A stretch of 64,000 bases of DNA. It comes from an uncultured virus (IMG/VR IMGVR_UViG_3300044996_000468) (Duplodnaviria > Heunggongvirae > Uroviricota > Caudoviricetes). Made by a program: the position numbers and the translations under genes. Every line of letters begins with the position of its first letter. Position 1 is the first letter of the stretch. The DNA lies in the IMG/VR virus record IMGVR_UViG_3300044996_000468, positions 1-64,000 of that record. One strand, 5' to 3'. Positions 55,474 through 64,000 of this stretch are shown here, in pieces. Under the pieces are notes generated by a model, which did no database searches, had not been told where the DNA came from, and saw nothing but the letters and a program-made list of their open reading frames with translations.

Positions 55474-56138
55474 CGCTCGATCCCAACATCCGGCGTGAGG
55501 CGTGGGGCGTCTTGAAGATGTACTCGACGCCGCAGCAAGAGCTGATCAAGAAGAACCTGTACGGCCCCCGCGAAGCGCGTCTGGCAGGTGCCATCGTTGC
55601 CAACAGCATGGTTGCAGTGGTCCATCAGCAACCGACGGAAACAGATGCGTTACGCGAGCTACAGGAAAGCGCCTGGGAGACCGTCTCGGCGCTGGTGGAG
55701 CTGTTGAAGCAGGCTGCGCAGATCATCGAGGACAACGTCGCCGGTGATCACGTGGCGTTGCTGAATGAGATCGATCGTGAAGTGTCGTCGGCCGAGGAGA
55801 ACTTCGACTACGCGGAAGCTGACGCTGCGACGGAGGAAGGCACGTCGTCGTTCAAGGTCATCGTGTTCCCGCCATTGATCGACGCGCCGGATCAAGCGAT
55901 CACGGCGTTCGTGGAGAAGATACGGGTGCGGGCGATCCCAGTGTGGGTGGCCGACGAAAATGACCAGACCAAGCGCCTGAAGGCGATGACCATCCGCGAG
56001 ATCTACAACATCGGCCGTGTTGCGGCCGTCGTCATCACGAATGTTGATGGCATGGTGCTCGATGGCTGGTACAACGGTCTGCCCTGGGTAGAAGAAGTCA
56101 CGAGCAAGTTGGCAGCGCTACAGGAGCGGTTTCGATGA
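55470..56138 (+). CDS. hypothetical protein
   Basis: ATGA overlaps. Confidence 0.6.
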   Translation: MTLDPNIRREAWGVLKMYSTPQQELIKKNLYGPREARLAGAIVANSMVAVVHQQPTETDALRELQESAWETVSALVELLKQAAQIIEDNVAGDHVALLNEIDREVSSAEENFDYAEADAATEEGTSSFKVIVFPPLIDAPDQAITAFVEKIRVRAIPVWVADENDQTKRLKAMTIREIYNIGRVAAVVITNVDGMVLDGWYNGLPWVEEVTSKLAALQERFR

Positions 56139-56455
56139 AGCAGAAGACCAAGAAGCGCGTGCGTGACCCACTCGCGAAAGCCAAGAAGGCCGTGCCGCCC
56201 ATATCGCTGGCGAGGGCCAAGGCAACAGTGCGTCGTCGACCGCCGCCGAAGAAGGTCACGTCGAGCGTATTCCACGTTCTCGACACCAAGGGCGAGGTCT
56301 TTGGTGAGTACGCGACGCGCGAAGATGCCTGGCACGACGCCGTCGGCCCGCGGTTCTGCAAGGGCTTCTATATCGTCGAGTACGCGAAGCGCGGTGTGCG
56401 TCGGTACGACTATAACGCGGCGTCGCTGAAGGAGATGCGCGATGTCGGTAGATGA
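56135..56455 (+). CDS. hypothetical basic protein
   Basis: ATGA overlap; GGAG RBS. Confidence 0.55.
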   Translation: MKQKTKKRVRDPLAKAKKAVPPISLARAKATVRRRPPPKKVTSSVFHVLDTKGEVFGEYATREDAWHDAVGPRFCKGFYIVEYAKRGVRRYDYNAASLKEMRDVGR

Positions 56456-57227
56456 AAAGAAGAGAGATGGCGGCTTCCTGGACGTTCAGCTCGTCGAGAA
56501 ACTGTTGTCTTCGTCGGTCGAGATGCCGGCTGATGACAAGGTCAAGATCCTGCGCGGGCTCGTGACGACAGGCCCGTACGCGTCGGTCAAGGAGATGGAG
56601 GCGTTGCCGCAAGGCGTGGCGACGTTCCTACGTGCGCTGCGCGATCTGTTGCCTGACGTCCTCGACGAGATCGATCGAGCTGTCGGACAAGAGAAGCAGA
56701 CGGCGTCGGCGTTGGATGGTTTTGTCGGCGATCTCGAACGCATGCGCGACGCGAAGGTCCCTACGGAGATCTGCTGCCCACAGTGCAAGATGCTCCATGT
56801 TGACCAGGACGAGTGGGCGACGACGCGGCTGCACCGCAAGCATCTGTGTGTGAAGTGCGGACATGTCTGGGCGCCGTACGCGGTCACGACGGTCGGCGTT
56901 GACTTTCACATCGAATGTCGCGTTGAAATGGAGCAGCTACGTACTGATGCTATCTGGCTCCGGTCAGCGTGGGAAACAGAAATCGAGGCGAACAAGAAGC
57001 TAATCGCACGTCGTGATGAGCTACTCACGATGATCGCCAACCTTTCGCAAGCGGTTCCCCTCGACAGCGAAGTCGCGGGCGCGATCGATGCACAGCGCTC
57101 GCTCATCGCCGAGGTCGGTACGCTCAAAGCCCGCGTCGCCGAGCTGGAACGTGAGAAAGCCGAACGCGACAAGCCTCGCGAGTACGTCAACATGGCGACC
57201 GAGTACGACGGGACCGACTATGGCTAG
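56442..57227 (+). CDS. hypothetical protein with Zn-ribbon and coiled coil
   Basis: CPQC..LHVD..W...H..HLC..CG. Confidence 0.65.
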   Translation: MSVDEKKRDGGFLDVQLVEKLLSSSVEMPADDKVKILRGLVTTGPYASVKEMEALPQGVATFLRALRDLLPDVLDEIDRAVGQEKQTASALDGFVGDLERMRDAKVPTEICCPQCKMLHVDQDEWATTRLHRKHLCVKCGHVWAPYAVTTVGVDFHIECRVEMEQLRTDAIWLRSAWETEIEANKKLIARRDELLTMIANLSQAVPLDSEVAGAIDAQRSLIAEVGTLKARVAELEREKAERDKPREYVNMATEYDGTDYG

Positions 57228-57585
57228 AAAGACCACAACGAGAACAGCGGTGGCTACGCGTGTGCCGCATCGAGGCCACCCGAAGTGTCGTCCGGGCAAA
57301 ACGGCGCACGGCACCAAAGCGCTCCAGCTGCGACCGAACGGTCGTTGGGGAAAGGATGATGGCGGTCCCGGGCTCGCGTTCATCGGTACGGCTGCTAGCG
57401 AGATCGATCCGCAGACGGCGACGGTGTGGGTCGCGAACTGCAGCTGCAAGATCTACTTGCAGTGCCCGCTTGCGAAAGCGCTCGCCTACGCAGGTGATCG
57501 TTACGAAGCCACAACAGTCGAACGTCGTCGACGGGCGCAGGGTCGAAAGATCCGTCGACCGCGAGCGGGACGGACGCTGTTGTAG
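57220..57585 (+). CDS. hypothetical protein
   Basis: Overlap with upstream gene; start MARKTT. Confidence 0.5.
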   Translation: MARKTTTRTAVATRVPHRGHPKCRPGKTAHGTKALQLRPNGRWGKDDGGPGLAFIGTAASEIDPQTATVWVANCSCKIYLQCPLAKALAYAGDRYEATTVERRRRAQGRKIRRPRAGRTLL

Positions 57586-57962
57586 TGCCAGCGTTCCTTC
57601 GGGGGTTCATCGTCTGCGACGGCTGTGGCACGACCGCAACCGTGACGGCGAAGGTGTCTGCACGTGACCACACGGACCTGTGGTGGGATCTGCCGACGGG
57701 CTGGCAGCTGTTCGGGCGCGGACACAACGGGGTCATCGTGTACTGCTCGCGCGCATGCAACACGAACGGCGCGTCGATGGGGTATCCAGATCAGCAAGGT
57801 CGCGGCAATCTCGATCCGGCGACGTTCGACGTACGCACGCTCGACAAGCTCTACGAGCTGATCGAGATCGGCGCGAAGAAATCGACGGGTGCCGACAACG
57901 TCCTCGCTGCGATCGAGGCCGTCTTGATCGCGTGGCGACAACGCCCAAAGGGGGCATCATGA
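57585..57962 (+). CDS. hypothetical protein (CxxC...CxxxC)
   Basis: Operon position. Confidence 0.55.
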   Translation: MPAFLRGFIVCDGCGTTATVTAKVSARDHTDLWWDLPTGWQLFGRGHNGVIVYCSRACNTNGASMGYPDQQGRGNLDPATFDVRTLDKLYELIEIGAKKSTGADNVLAAIEAVLIAWRQRPKGAS

Positions 57963-58345
57963 GCAACAAAGGTCTCCTCAGATTTTGCTGGCAGGAACAG
58001 AACGGTGAAATCACCAACTGGTGGTCGGACGACCTGGCGAAGCAGAAGCATCGGTTCGTGCACACCGAGTGGGGAAAGTTCGCGGTCGCCGTCGACGTCA
58101 AGCTCGGCGAGGTGCAGCTTCAGATCGCCAACCCACCATCGCGGCGTATCGTACGTGTTGTCGACCTCCCTCGCGTCGACGGGAACGACTTTCAAATGGC
58201 GTTCGAAGCTGTCGCCATGACGGGTACGCACGCGGCGTTCGCGGTCGAGTTGTTCTTGCGAGCCATCGATCGCGACGATCTTGCAAGTTGCCTCACGCCG
58301 GACGGGCGACCTGAAGGCTATGACCCTGGAGGACGACTGCCGTGA
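57959..58345 (+). CDS. hypothetical protein
   Basis: ATGA overlap; start MSNKGL. Confidence 0.55.
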   Translation: MSNKGLLRFCWQEQNGEITNWWSDDLAKQKHRFVHTEWGKFAVAVDVKLGEVQLQIANPPSRRIVRVVDLPRVDGNDFQMAFEAVAMTGTHAAFAVELFLRAIDRDDLASCLTPDGRPEGYDPGGRLP

Positions 58346-58833
58346 TTCTCGGCGTTACGGGACATCGACCCGATAAGATCGGCGGCTACGACGACGACGC
58401 CAACCCGCTACGCAGCTGGGTTCGTGGACAGATTCGTCGACACCTACAAACGTTTCGGCCGCTGTACGGCATCAGCGGGATGGCGCTCGGAACGGATCAA
58501 GATTTCGCCGCTGCCTGCGTCGAGCTGGGCATTCCGTTCATCGCCGCCGTGCCGTTCAAAGGTCAGGAGCTGGCGTGGCGATCGCATCCGACGTCGCGCA
58601 AGAGGTATCGCGAGCTGATTGCGAAGGCTTACGAGGTCGTGATCGTGAGTGAAGGTGGTTACGAGAATTTCAAAATGCAGGTGAGGAACGAGTGGGTCGT
58701 GGATCATTGCAACGCGATGTTGTGCGTGTTCGACGGTTCACCCGGCGGAACGGCAAACACCGTCAACTACGCTGACCGCGTTCGCCGTGACAAGATCCGT
58801 ATCAACCCTCGGGACTTTCAGGCGGCCGTGTGA
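58342..58833 (+). CDS. YspA/DUF1273-like SLOG-family protein
   Basis: GVTGHRP, SGMALGTD, PFKGQE..W, RNEWVVD, GGTANTV.YA. Confidence 0.88.
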   Translation: MILGVTGHRPDKIGGYDDDANPLRSWVRGQIRRHLQTFRPLYGISGMALGTDQDFAAACVELGIPFIAAVPFKGQELAWRSHPTSRKRYRELIAKAYEVVIVSEGGYENFKMQVRNEWVVDHCNAMLCVFDGSPGGTANTVNYADRVRRDKIRINPRDFQAAV

Positions 58834-59053
58834 GGGTCGCGCGATCGAACCAAACGCAGACGTACGAACCAACGTCAGTGACCTTGGCATTCGAAGGCTG
58901 GAGCTACGACACATGACGACGTTCTTAATCGGCCTTGCTGCGTTCTCGTCGGTGTTCTTGGGCACTTTTTACGATGTTGCGATCAACTTTGATCGTGACG
59001 TGGATAGAAATCAGACCATCAACGTCACACATGGACGACATGCAGGTGTATAA

Positions 59054-59587
59054 ATGAGTCGCGAAGACGACGACAAAGGCGAAATCGAAATCGGTGCCGT
59101 GTTCCCGGGCGGGACGCTCGAAGAAGCGCAAGCCTTCGTGCAGCTCCACCTGGCGAACGGCGCCAAGTGTCCTGCCTGTGGACAATTCGCCAAGCTCTAT
59201 CGCAGAAAATTGAATGCCACGATGGCCTACGCGCTCGTGCTGATCCACCAGTTCTTCAAGAAGAACCCGCAACACGCCTGGATCCACGTCGCGTCGTTCT
59301 TGGTCAACACGCGTCGCGATAGCTCGGTGGCAGGTGGTGATGTTGTCAAGCTCCGACACTGGGGCTTGATCGAGCGCGTCGACGGCGAGCGCGGCGATGG
59401 CAGTGACCGTGTCGGTCGGTACACGATCACGGAGCTGGGACGACGGTTCGTCGAGGGGGCGATCGCCGTTCCGCGCTACGCATATCTGTTCAATCAGATG
59501 CTCATGCGGTTGAGTGAAGAGAAGACGACGATCCAGGAGGCGTTAGGCGATCGATTCTCGTACGAAGAGCTACTGCAAGGAGCCTGA
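59054..59587 (+). CDS. hypothetical protein (Zn knuckle plus winged-helix-like)
   Basis: CPACGQ..K.Y.RKL, KLRHWGLIE, Y.IT.LG..F. Confidence 0.65.
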   Translation: MSREDDDKGEIEIGAVFPGGTLEEAQAFVQLHLANGAKCPACGQFAKLYRRKLNATMAYALVLIHQFFKKNPQHAWIHVASFLVNTRRDSSVAGGDVVKLRHWGLIERVDGERGDGSDRVGRYTITELGRRFVEGAIAVPRYAYLFNQMLMRLSEEKTTIQEALGDRFSYEELLQGA

Positions 59588-59589
59588 AG

Positions 59590-59880
59590 ATGAACTGCAC
59601 CTGCGATCAGCGCGGCGACTTCTGCCCCGAGCATCCCACCTGCGCGTGCGGTTGCGAGCGGCACGCGCACCGCGGCAACGCCGAGTGCATCGCCGGCTCG
59701 ATGAACTGCCACGGTTGTAACGCCTACCGCCCGGCGCGGCTCAAACGCTTCCACGAGCTGTACGACCACGACCTTGAAGACATCACGTTGGATGCCCTCA
59801 AGCTCGCCTACAGAGACCTGCGCGCGCACCACATCGAAGAAACCACGGCGTTGTGGCATAGGATCACCAATCCGAAGTGA
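59590..59880 (+). CDS. Cys/His-rich hypothetical protein
   Basis: Many C/H residues; AAGGAG RBS. Confidence 0.55.
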   Translation: MNCTCDQRGDFCPEHPTCACGCERHAHRGNAECIAGSMNCHGCNAYRPARLKRFHELYDHDLEDITLDALKLAYRDLRAHHIEETTALWHRITNPK

Positions 59881-60134
59881 AGACCTACGAGACCAAGCCG
59901 TCTGAGCCGCCGACAACATGTCCCGTCCCGCGATGTGGCTACAAGCGCGTCTGGAAGTATTTCAAGTACGACCGCGTACGCGGTGGTCGTAAGCCGCCGC
60001 GTGACGGTTGGCGGGCGCACTGTGCAGCCTGTGCGGTGCTCACCGAGCTACGCCATCATAAACGCCGCGCCGAAGTACTCCAAGAACGCTGGTCGGCGAT
60101 GGTAGAACCGCCGAAGCCTGTGCCGCGTCGATAG
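59877..60134 (+). CDS. hypothetical protein
   Basis: GTGA overlap; CPVPRC...CAAC. Confidence 0.5.
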   Translation: MKTYETKPSEPPTTCPVPRCGYKRVWKYFKYDRVRGGRKPPRDGWRAHCAACAVLTELRHHKRRAEVLQERWSAMVEPPKPVPRR

Positions 60135-60164
60135 TTCTCGTTCTGACGAAAAGCCTCGACGACG

Positions 60165-60180
60165 GTGAAGACCGACGACG
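60165..60180 (+). repeat. 16-bp direct repeat, copy 1
   Basis: GTGAAGACCGACGACG, identical at 61957..61972. Confidence 0.75.
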
Positions 60181-60455
60181 GTGAGGACTTGCGGAATTAG
60201 TCTTGCTTTGGTGCTTGCTTTAGTGAGTGCCTTTGTGCTGTGCTATAGCTCTCGACTTCTAGGGGAACCATGGGCACCAAAATCACGGCACTTGCCAAGG
60301 CGAAAAAGATCGGCATGTACGAAGACGCCAAGAGGGCGATCTTCGTCAACGTCACCGAAATCGACATCGAGCGCGCGACATGCTTCGCGCCCGACCAGTG
60401 CGCAATGGCCAAGGCTGCTTGCCGCGCAATTCCGAATGCGTTGAGGGCCTTCTTC

Positions 60456-61646
60456 CATGCTTATCCGGTTAACACCCCAAACGTGATTTAGACACATGAG
60501 TACCGTACTGACACATCAAGTCACGATCTGGATGGCAGGCGACAAGTTGTGCTGAACCTCGCGAACTGGCGTAAGTACCAGCACCTGTTTGTCCCTCCGT
60601 CCGATCGCCCGTGCATCGCTGGAGTCAGCGGTGGTTCGACGAGTGGTGTGATGGCCGCGCTGCTCTCGGCTGCCGTGCTCATGTCGTTCCAGAACACGGG
60701 CAAAGAGCACGCGCTGACTTACGAATTCCTGGAGGCGCTCGCAGATGCTATCGGTCGCGAGATTGTCTGGTTGGAGTACCGCCCGCCCGCCTCGCGCGGG
60801 GCCCCGCCTGCGGCGGCACGTTTTGCAGTCGTAACACCGCGAACCGCTGATCGTAGCGGCGGACCGTTCGAGATGATGATGATGGACGCGATCAACGCAT
60901 ATCGCGCAGCCATCGGTAAGGGGCCGATCGCGCCGTGGTGGCGCTCGCGCATCTGCACGACGTACATGAAGACGCGACTCGCGCGCCGCTACGTGGAGTC
61001 GCTTGGGTGGAACGGCCACGATGAACTAGTGGGGCTTCGTGCCGACGAGCCCGATCGTGTGGCCAAACTCCGCGTGGGCGTCCCCAAGCGAATCGGTCGC
61101 CATGCGCCGCTTAGCGTCGCTGGTTTCACGGCCAACGATGTAGCTGCGTTCTGGGGTGAGCAGTCGTTCAGGCTCAACCTGCCGCCTCACCTCGGCAACT
61201 GCACTGGATGCTTTCTAAAGGACCAGGCCGACCAAAGCCGCGCGCTCGACCAGAATGGCGACGTCGATTACTGGGCGGGTATGCAGGAGCGGCATCCGGG
61301 ATTCGGCGGCAAGAATCACCCCGGCTATCGTCGGCTCGCAGCCGAGGCGCCATCGCGTTACGCGATTGAGGCGGCACTGTTGGCCGGGCGAACGCCCGAT
61401 AACGAGAACGGTATGGAGTCTCGTCGGTTCAAGCTTGTTGTCATCCAGGAGCGCAAGCGGCTAGCCGGACAGGTGGCGCCGTTCTCGTGTGCGTGCGAGG
61501 GCTCCGACGCACTAGCGCAGATGGACGACGACGAAGAGAACGCATACATCGCATCACTACCAAGTGAGGACGCGGCATGAAGAGTGCCAATTCACAATCT
61601 AACAAGGACGGTCAGACCTGTTATGGGTGCCAACCGGATAAGCATG
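60456..61646. mobile_element. non-autonomous TIR element (mobile insertion cassette, 1191 bp) carrying a passenger gene
   Basis: TIRs CATGCTTATCCGGTTAACACCC / GGGTGCCAACCGGATAAGCATG (20/22); 8-bp TSD CCTTCTTC at 60448..60455 and 61647..61654; no transposase. Confidence 0.92.
60549..61580 (+). CDS. PAPS-reductase-like (PP-loop adenine nucleotide alpha-hydrolase) protein
   Basis: GVSGGSTS, NTGKEH..TYEF, RICT..MK, VGLRADE..R, APL, GNCTGCFLK. Confidence 0.85.
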   Translation: MLNLANWRKYQHLFVPPSDRPCIAGVSGGSTSGVMAALLSAAVLMSFQNTGKEHALTYEFLEALADAIGREIVWLEYRPPASRGAPPAAARFAVVTPRTADRSGGPFEMMMMDAINAYRAAIGKGPIAPWWRSRICTTYMKTRLARRYVESLGWNGHDELVGLRADEPDRVAKLRVGVPKRIGRHAPLSVAGFTANDVAAFWGEQSFRLNLPPHLGNCTGCFLKDQADQSRALDQNGDVDYWAGMQERHPGFGGKNHPGYRRLAAEAPSRYAIEAALLAGRTPDNENGMESRRFKLVVIQERKRLAGQVAPFSCACEGSDALAQMDDDEENAYIASLPSEDAA

Positions 61647-61956
61647 CCTTCTTCTACGAGAATGCTGTGTACATCGCATACTACGACACGAAGACAAAGA
61701 AGAAGAGGACCTTGCGCTTCATTCCTTCACCGGAAGCGCGGAAGAACATTCATACCTTCGACACGACCGGGAAGTTCTCTCCAGGACGCTACCGGCTGGA
61801 CGCACCCAAGGGTTCGGACACGCTGGCCAGCATTCGTGAGCGGAGTCGACGTCGTCCTGGTCGACATCCTCCGAGCAACAAGCCGGTGATCAAGCGCGCT
61901 GTCAAGGCTACCGTCAAAGGGCGTCTGCAGTACGCCTACGCCTACTAGCCGAGACC

Positions 61957-62418
61957 GTGAAGACCGACGACGAGATCAGTCACGCGATCGCGCGAGCACA
62001 CAGCGACGAAGCCGTGTTCGCTGACTACCTGCGCGGCTTTGGTCTCGTCGTCGATACACTCTCCCGCGGTTTTCGAAAGTCGCTCGACGACATCGCGCAG
62101 TACGCCCACGACGTCGACCTGCAAGTCGCCGGCTACGCTTGCCAGTACAAGCATCGCGGCAACGCGCGGCTCGCGTACATCGTCAGGAACTACTGGGGGC
62201 CGTTCCTCGACGAGAAGCAGAAGGCCGATCGCACGCCGGTCGACTTCTACATCCTCGACTTCACCGACGCGACAGTGATCGCACCGTATGCACCGGATCT
62301 GTGGAAAGTCCAGACCAACGACGATCGATCGGACCGAGCACGCGCGAAACAGTTCTACATCGTGAACATCCGCGACTGCGTCCAGCTGCAAGCCTGGATC
62401 GACTGGCTCAGAAGCTGA
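61957..62418 (+). CDS. hypothetical protein, possibly PD-(D/E)XK-like
   Basis: E...DVDL...QYK pattern; weak. Confidence 0.55.
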   Translation: MKTDDEISHAIARAHSDEAVFADYLRGFGLVVDTLSRGFRKSLDDIAQYAHDVDLQVAGYACQYKHRGNARLAYIVRNYWGPFLDEKQKADRTPVDFYILDFTDATVIAPYAPDLWKVQTNDDRSDRARAKQFYIVNIRDCVQLQAWIDWLRS

Positions 62419-62454
62419 CGTCGAGTGATCTCGCCGCGGTTCGTTCGCATCATA

Positions 62455-62551
62455 GGCTTGACTTGTCAGGTACATCTGCGAAACGTTCAGTTCCAGTAGA
62501 GAACGGCTTGACTCGTCGAAGTCGTGCGTGAGAGGTTCAGTTCGAGTAGAG
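62455..62551 (+). repeat. tandem imperfect 47-bp repeat, period 50 bp
   Basis: GGCTTGACTyGTC...GTTCAGTTCsAGTAGAG at 62455 and 62505; 34/47 identical. Confidence 0.8.
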
Positions 62552-62571
62552 CGCGACAATTTAGGGAGCAC

Positions 62572-64000
62572 ATGAAGAGCACGAGGCTAGGGCCTCGGTC
62601 ACTCACTGCCCGTAGGGTTCGGGACGTTGAGCGACCACTGGTCGAGGACATTCTTGCGACCGCAGATCGTGGAGCCGCTCTCGCCGTAGCGTTCGGTGCG
62701 CAGGAAACTCGCGCTGTCTGTCTTTGGTCGGATATCGGCAAGGCATCCGAGTCCTGGCAGATCCAGCAACGCGGGTCGAAGTACGGCCTACGTATTAACC
62801 ATGTTGGATTAGGCGTTTGGCACACCTTACGCGTTCCCGGCATCCCGTCCATGCAACGATTGGCAATCGCTGTCGCGATCGCCGGTCACCATGGTGGTCT
62901 CCCAGACGCAAGTTACCTACCTGCACTGGCAGATGAGAGCGCACCGCTTCGAGAGGCGCTGATCGATCTTCCCGACGAGATCACTGCCCTTCCCGTAATG
63001 CGACAACGTCGGTTCGCAAACGCGACGCATTTGTTCATGTTCACGCAGATGATCGCGTCGGCACACATCGACGCCGACTGGCAAAACGCGGCGGAATGGG
63101 AGCGAGAAGTCTGTGGTGCGCCCATCACACGACCTTCGTATCCGAGCATCGAACAGCTCTACCGACAGTTGGAGAGCGTGTGCAGTGACACACGGCTCGA
63201 TCGGAGCGATCTCCGTACTGCGTTCCGTTTGCACTATCTAAGTGCCGCTGAACGTGTTCCGGGGTTCTATTCGTTCTCAGCCCCTCTCGGTGCGTTCAAC
63301 GTCGAAGCCTTGGCGCTGTACGGGCTGGCACACGCGCGACGCAACGCACGAGAAAGGGTCATCCTTGTCTGTTCGACGCAGATGATGTTCGAAGAGTGCA
63401 CAGACAAGCTTCGTGCCTCTCTCGGAGACGCATTCGCAGAGCCCGCCGCGTTCGACGTCCAAAGTTGTGGGTTCAGTCCTCGTGTCGAGACCTGGGACGC
63501 TCCTGTCGTCGTTACCGCGCTTCGAGATTTCTTAGGGCTCCTCTTTGACAATCGTCCAGCGTCTCTGCGACGTTTCCATCACCTCGCACGCGCAGTGGTC
63601 GTTGTCGTCGACGCACAACAGATCCCGTTGCCCGTGCGCACGTTGACCCGCGAAGCGTTACAAGTACTCGTTGATCATTTCCACGCTTCGGTGTCGCTCG
63701 TGTCGGCGGTCCCCTACGGAGTCGCGGAGGACGATCGACCAGAGTTGTTGGGGCCAAAGGACGCCTTCAACACGGTCTACGGAGAGATTCAGACCACATG
63801 GCCCGATCATCACGAACCGTTACCCTCCGCCGTACAGATCGCACACGAGATCGCCGAGCACGCTGAGTGTTTGACGGTTCTCCAAGATGCATCCAGATTG
63901 CGTGAGGTAGCACAAGCGATGAGGGCGTACGTCCCCGACGTCCAGGTCACTGCCGTGTCGTCTCGGATGTGTGCTGAACATCGTCGTGCGGTGATACGTA
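62572..64000 (+). CDS. cas3: type I-C Cas3 homolog (HD + SF2 helicase) with degenerate catalytic motifs; runs off the window
   Basis: Translated by hand, 476 open codons: WSDIGK, INH, AIAGHHGGLPD, IDADW, GFYSFSAPLGAFN, ETWDAPVVVT, LFDNRP..LRRFHHLA, VDAQQIP, SSRMCAEHR. Confidence 0.88.
   Translation, partial: MKSTRLGPRSLTARRVRDVERPLVEDILATADRGAALAVAFGAQETRAVCLWSDIGKASESWQIQQRGSKYGLRINHVGLGVWHTLRVPGIPSMQRLAIAVAIAGHHGGLPDASYLPALADESAPLREALIDLPDEITALPVMRQRRFANATHLFMFTQMIASAHIDADWQNAAEWEREVCGAPITRPSYPSIEQLYRQLESVCSDTRLDRSDLRTAFRLHYLSAAERVPGFYSFSAPLGAFNVEALALYGLAHARRNARERVILVCSTQMMFEECTDKLRASLGDAFAEPAAFDVQSCGFSPRVETWDAPVVVTALRDFLGLLFDNRPASLRRFHHLARAVVVVVDAQQIPLPVRTLTREALQVLVDHFHASVSLVSAVPYGVAEDDRPELLGPKDAFNTVYGEIQTTWPDHHEPLPSAVQIAHEIAEHAECLTVLQDASRLREVAQAMRAYVPDVQVTAVSSRMCAEHRRAVIR

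Larger units (their letters stand above)
60270..61948 (+). pseudogene. 159-aa hypothetical gene interrupted by the TIR element
   Basis: Removing 60456..61654 rejoins ...NALRAFF to YENAVYIAYY... in frame. Confidence 0.88.

Noticed and set aside
61577..61948. Independent 123-aa gene as given in the ORF track (likewise 60270..60491)
   Set aside because: These are the two halves of one gene split by the TIR element; their extra residues come from element sequence.
62455..62551. CRISPR array
   Set aside because: Only two imperfect units with about 17-nt variable parts and no palindromic repeat; kept only as a tandem repeat.
1..64000. Genome-wide TAG recoding (genetic code 15)
   Set aside because: Many genes end in TAG followed within a few bases by an out-of-frame start (7915, 23068, 23475, 23756), and the long conserved genes have no internal TAG. 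Only two local candidates exist.
1..64000. Host assignment (e.g. Myxococcota) and virion type
   Set aside because: High GC and the gene styles are only suggestive. No capsid, terminase or host marker is in the window, so neither can be supported without searches.

Overview
This GC-rich window looks like 64 kb of a large dsDNA bacteriophage genome, or a phage-derived element. It is densely packed with overlapping ORFs, and I see no rRNA, tRNA, CRISPR array, integrase, terminase, portal or recognisable major capsid gene. (1) 1-24.6 kb is a mosaic. It holds small hypothetical genes, pyrF, a truncated ComM-like ATPase and a glycosyl-/methyltransferase cassette. It also holds a minus-strand set of putative virion proteins: membrane-anchored hydrolases (SGNH, SleB-like, two M23, one C39 peptidase) and an operon of small Arg/Lys-rich proteins. 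These share a hydrophobic-(x)-Gly motif followed by a polybasic tail, and some share short MLA...G leaders. I propose this is an undescribed Gly-directed maturation/sorting system. (2) 25.4-47.4 kb is a leftward replication operon: Dam-like MTase, Tmk, DinG, UDG-PolA fusion, HerA-like ATPase, NrdA/NrdB, SSB-like, AAA_24, Cas4-like nuclease and SNF2 helicase. Three LAGLIDADG inteins sit at catalytic motifs in this operon. (3) A divergent promoter/possible origin region lies at about 47.4-47.6 kb. (4) 47.7-64 kb is a rightward arm with a P-loop helicase, ThyX, a GIY-YIG endonuclease that appears to have taken over the start of the prim-pol gene, and many small ORFs. It also carries a 1191-bp transposase-less element (22-bp TIRs, 8-bp TSD) bearing a PAPS-reductase-like gene. 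At the right edge is an uninterrupted type I-C Cas3 homolog, absent from the ORF track, with degenerate HD, Walker A and DEAx motifs: a candidate decoy anti-CRISPR. All family calls are from motif recognition by eye; no database searches were run.
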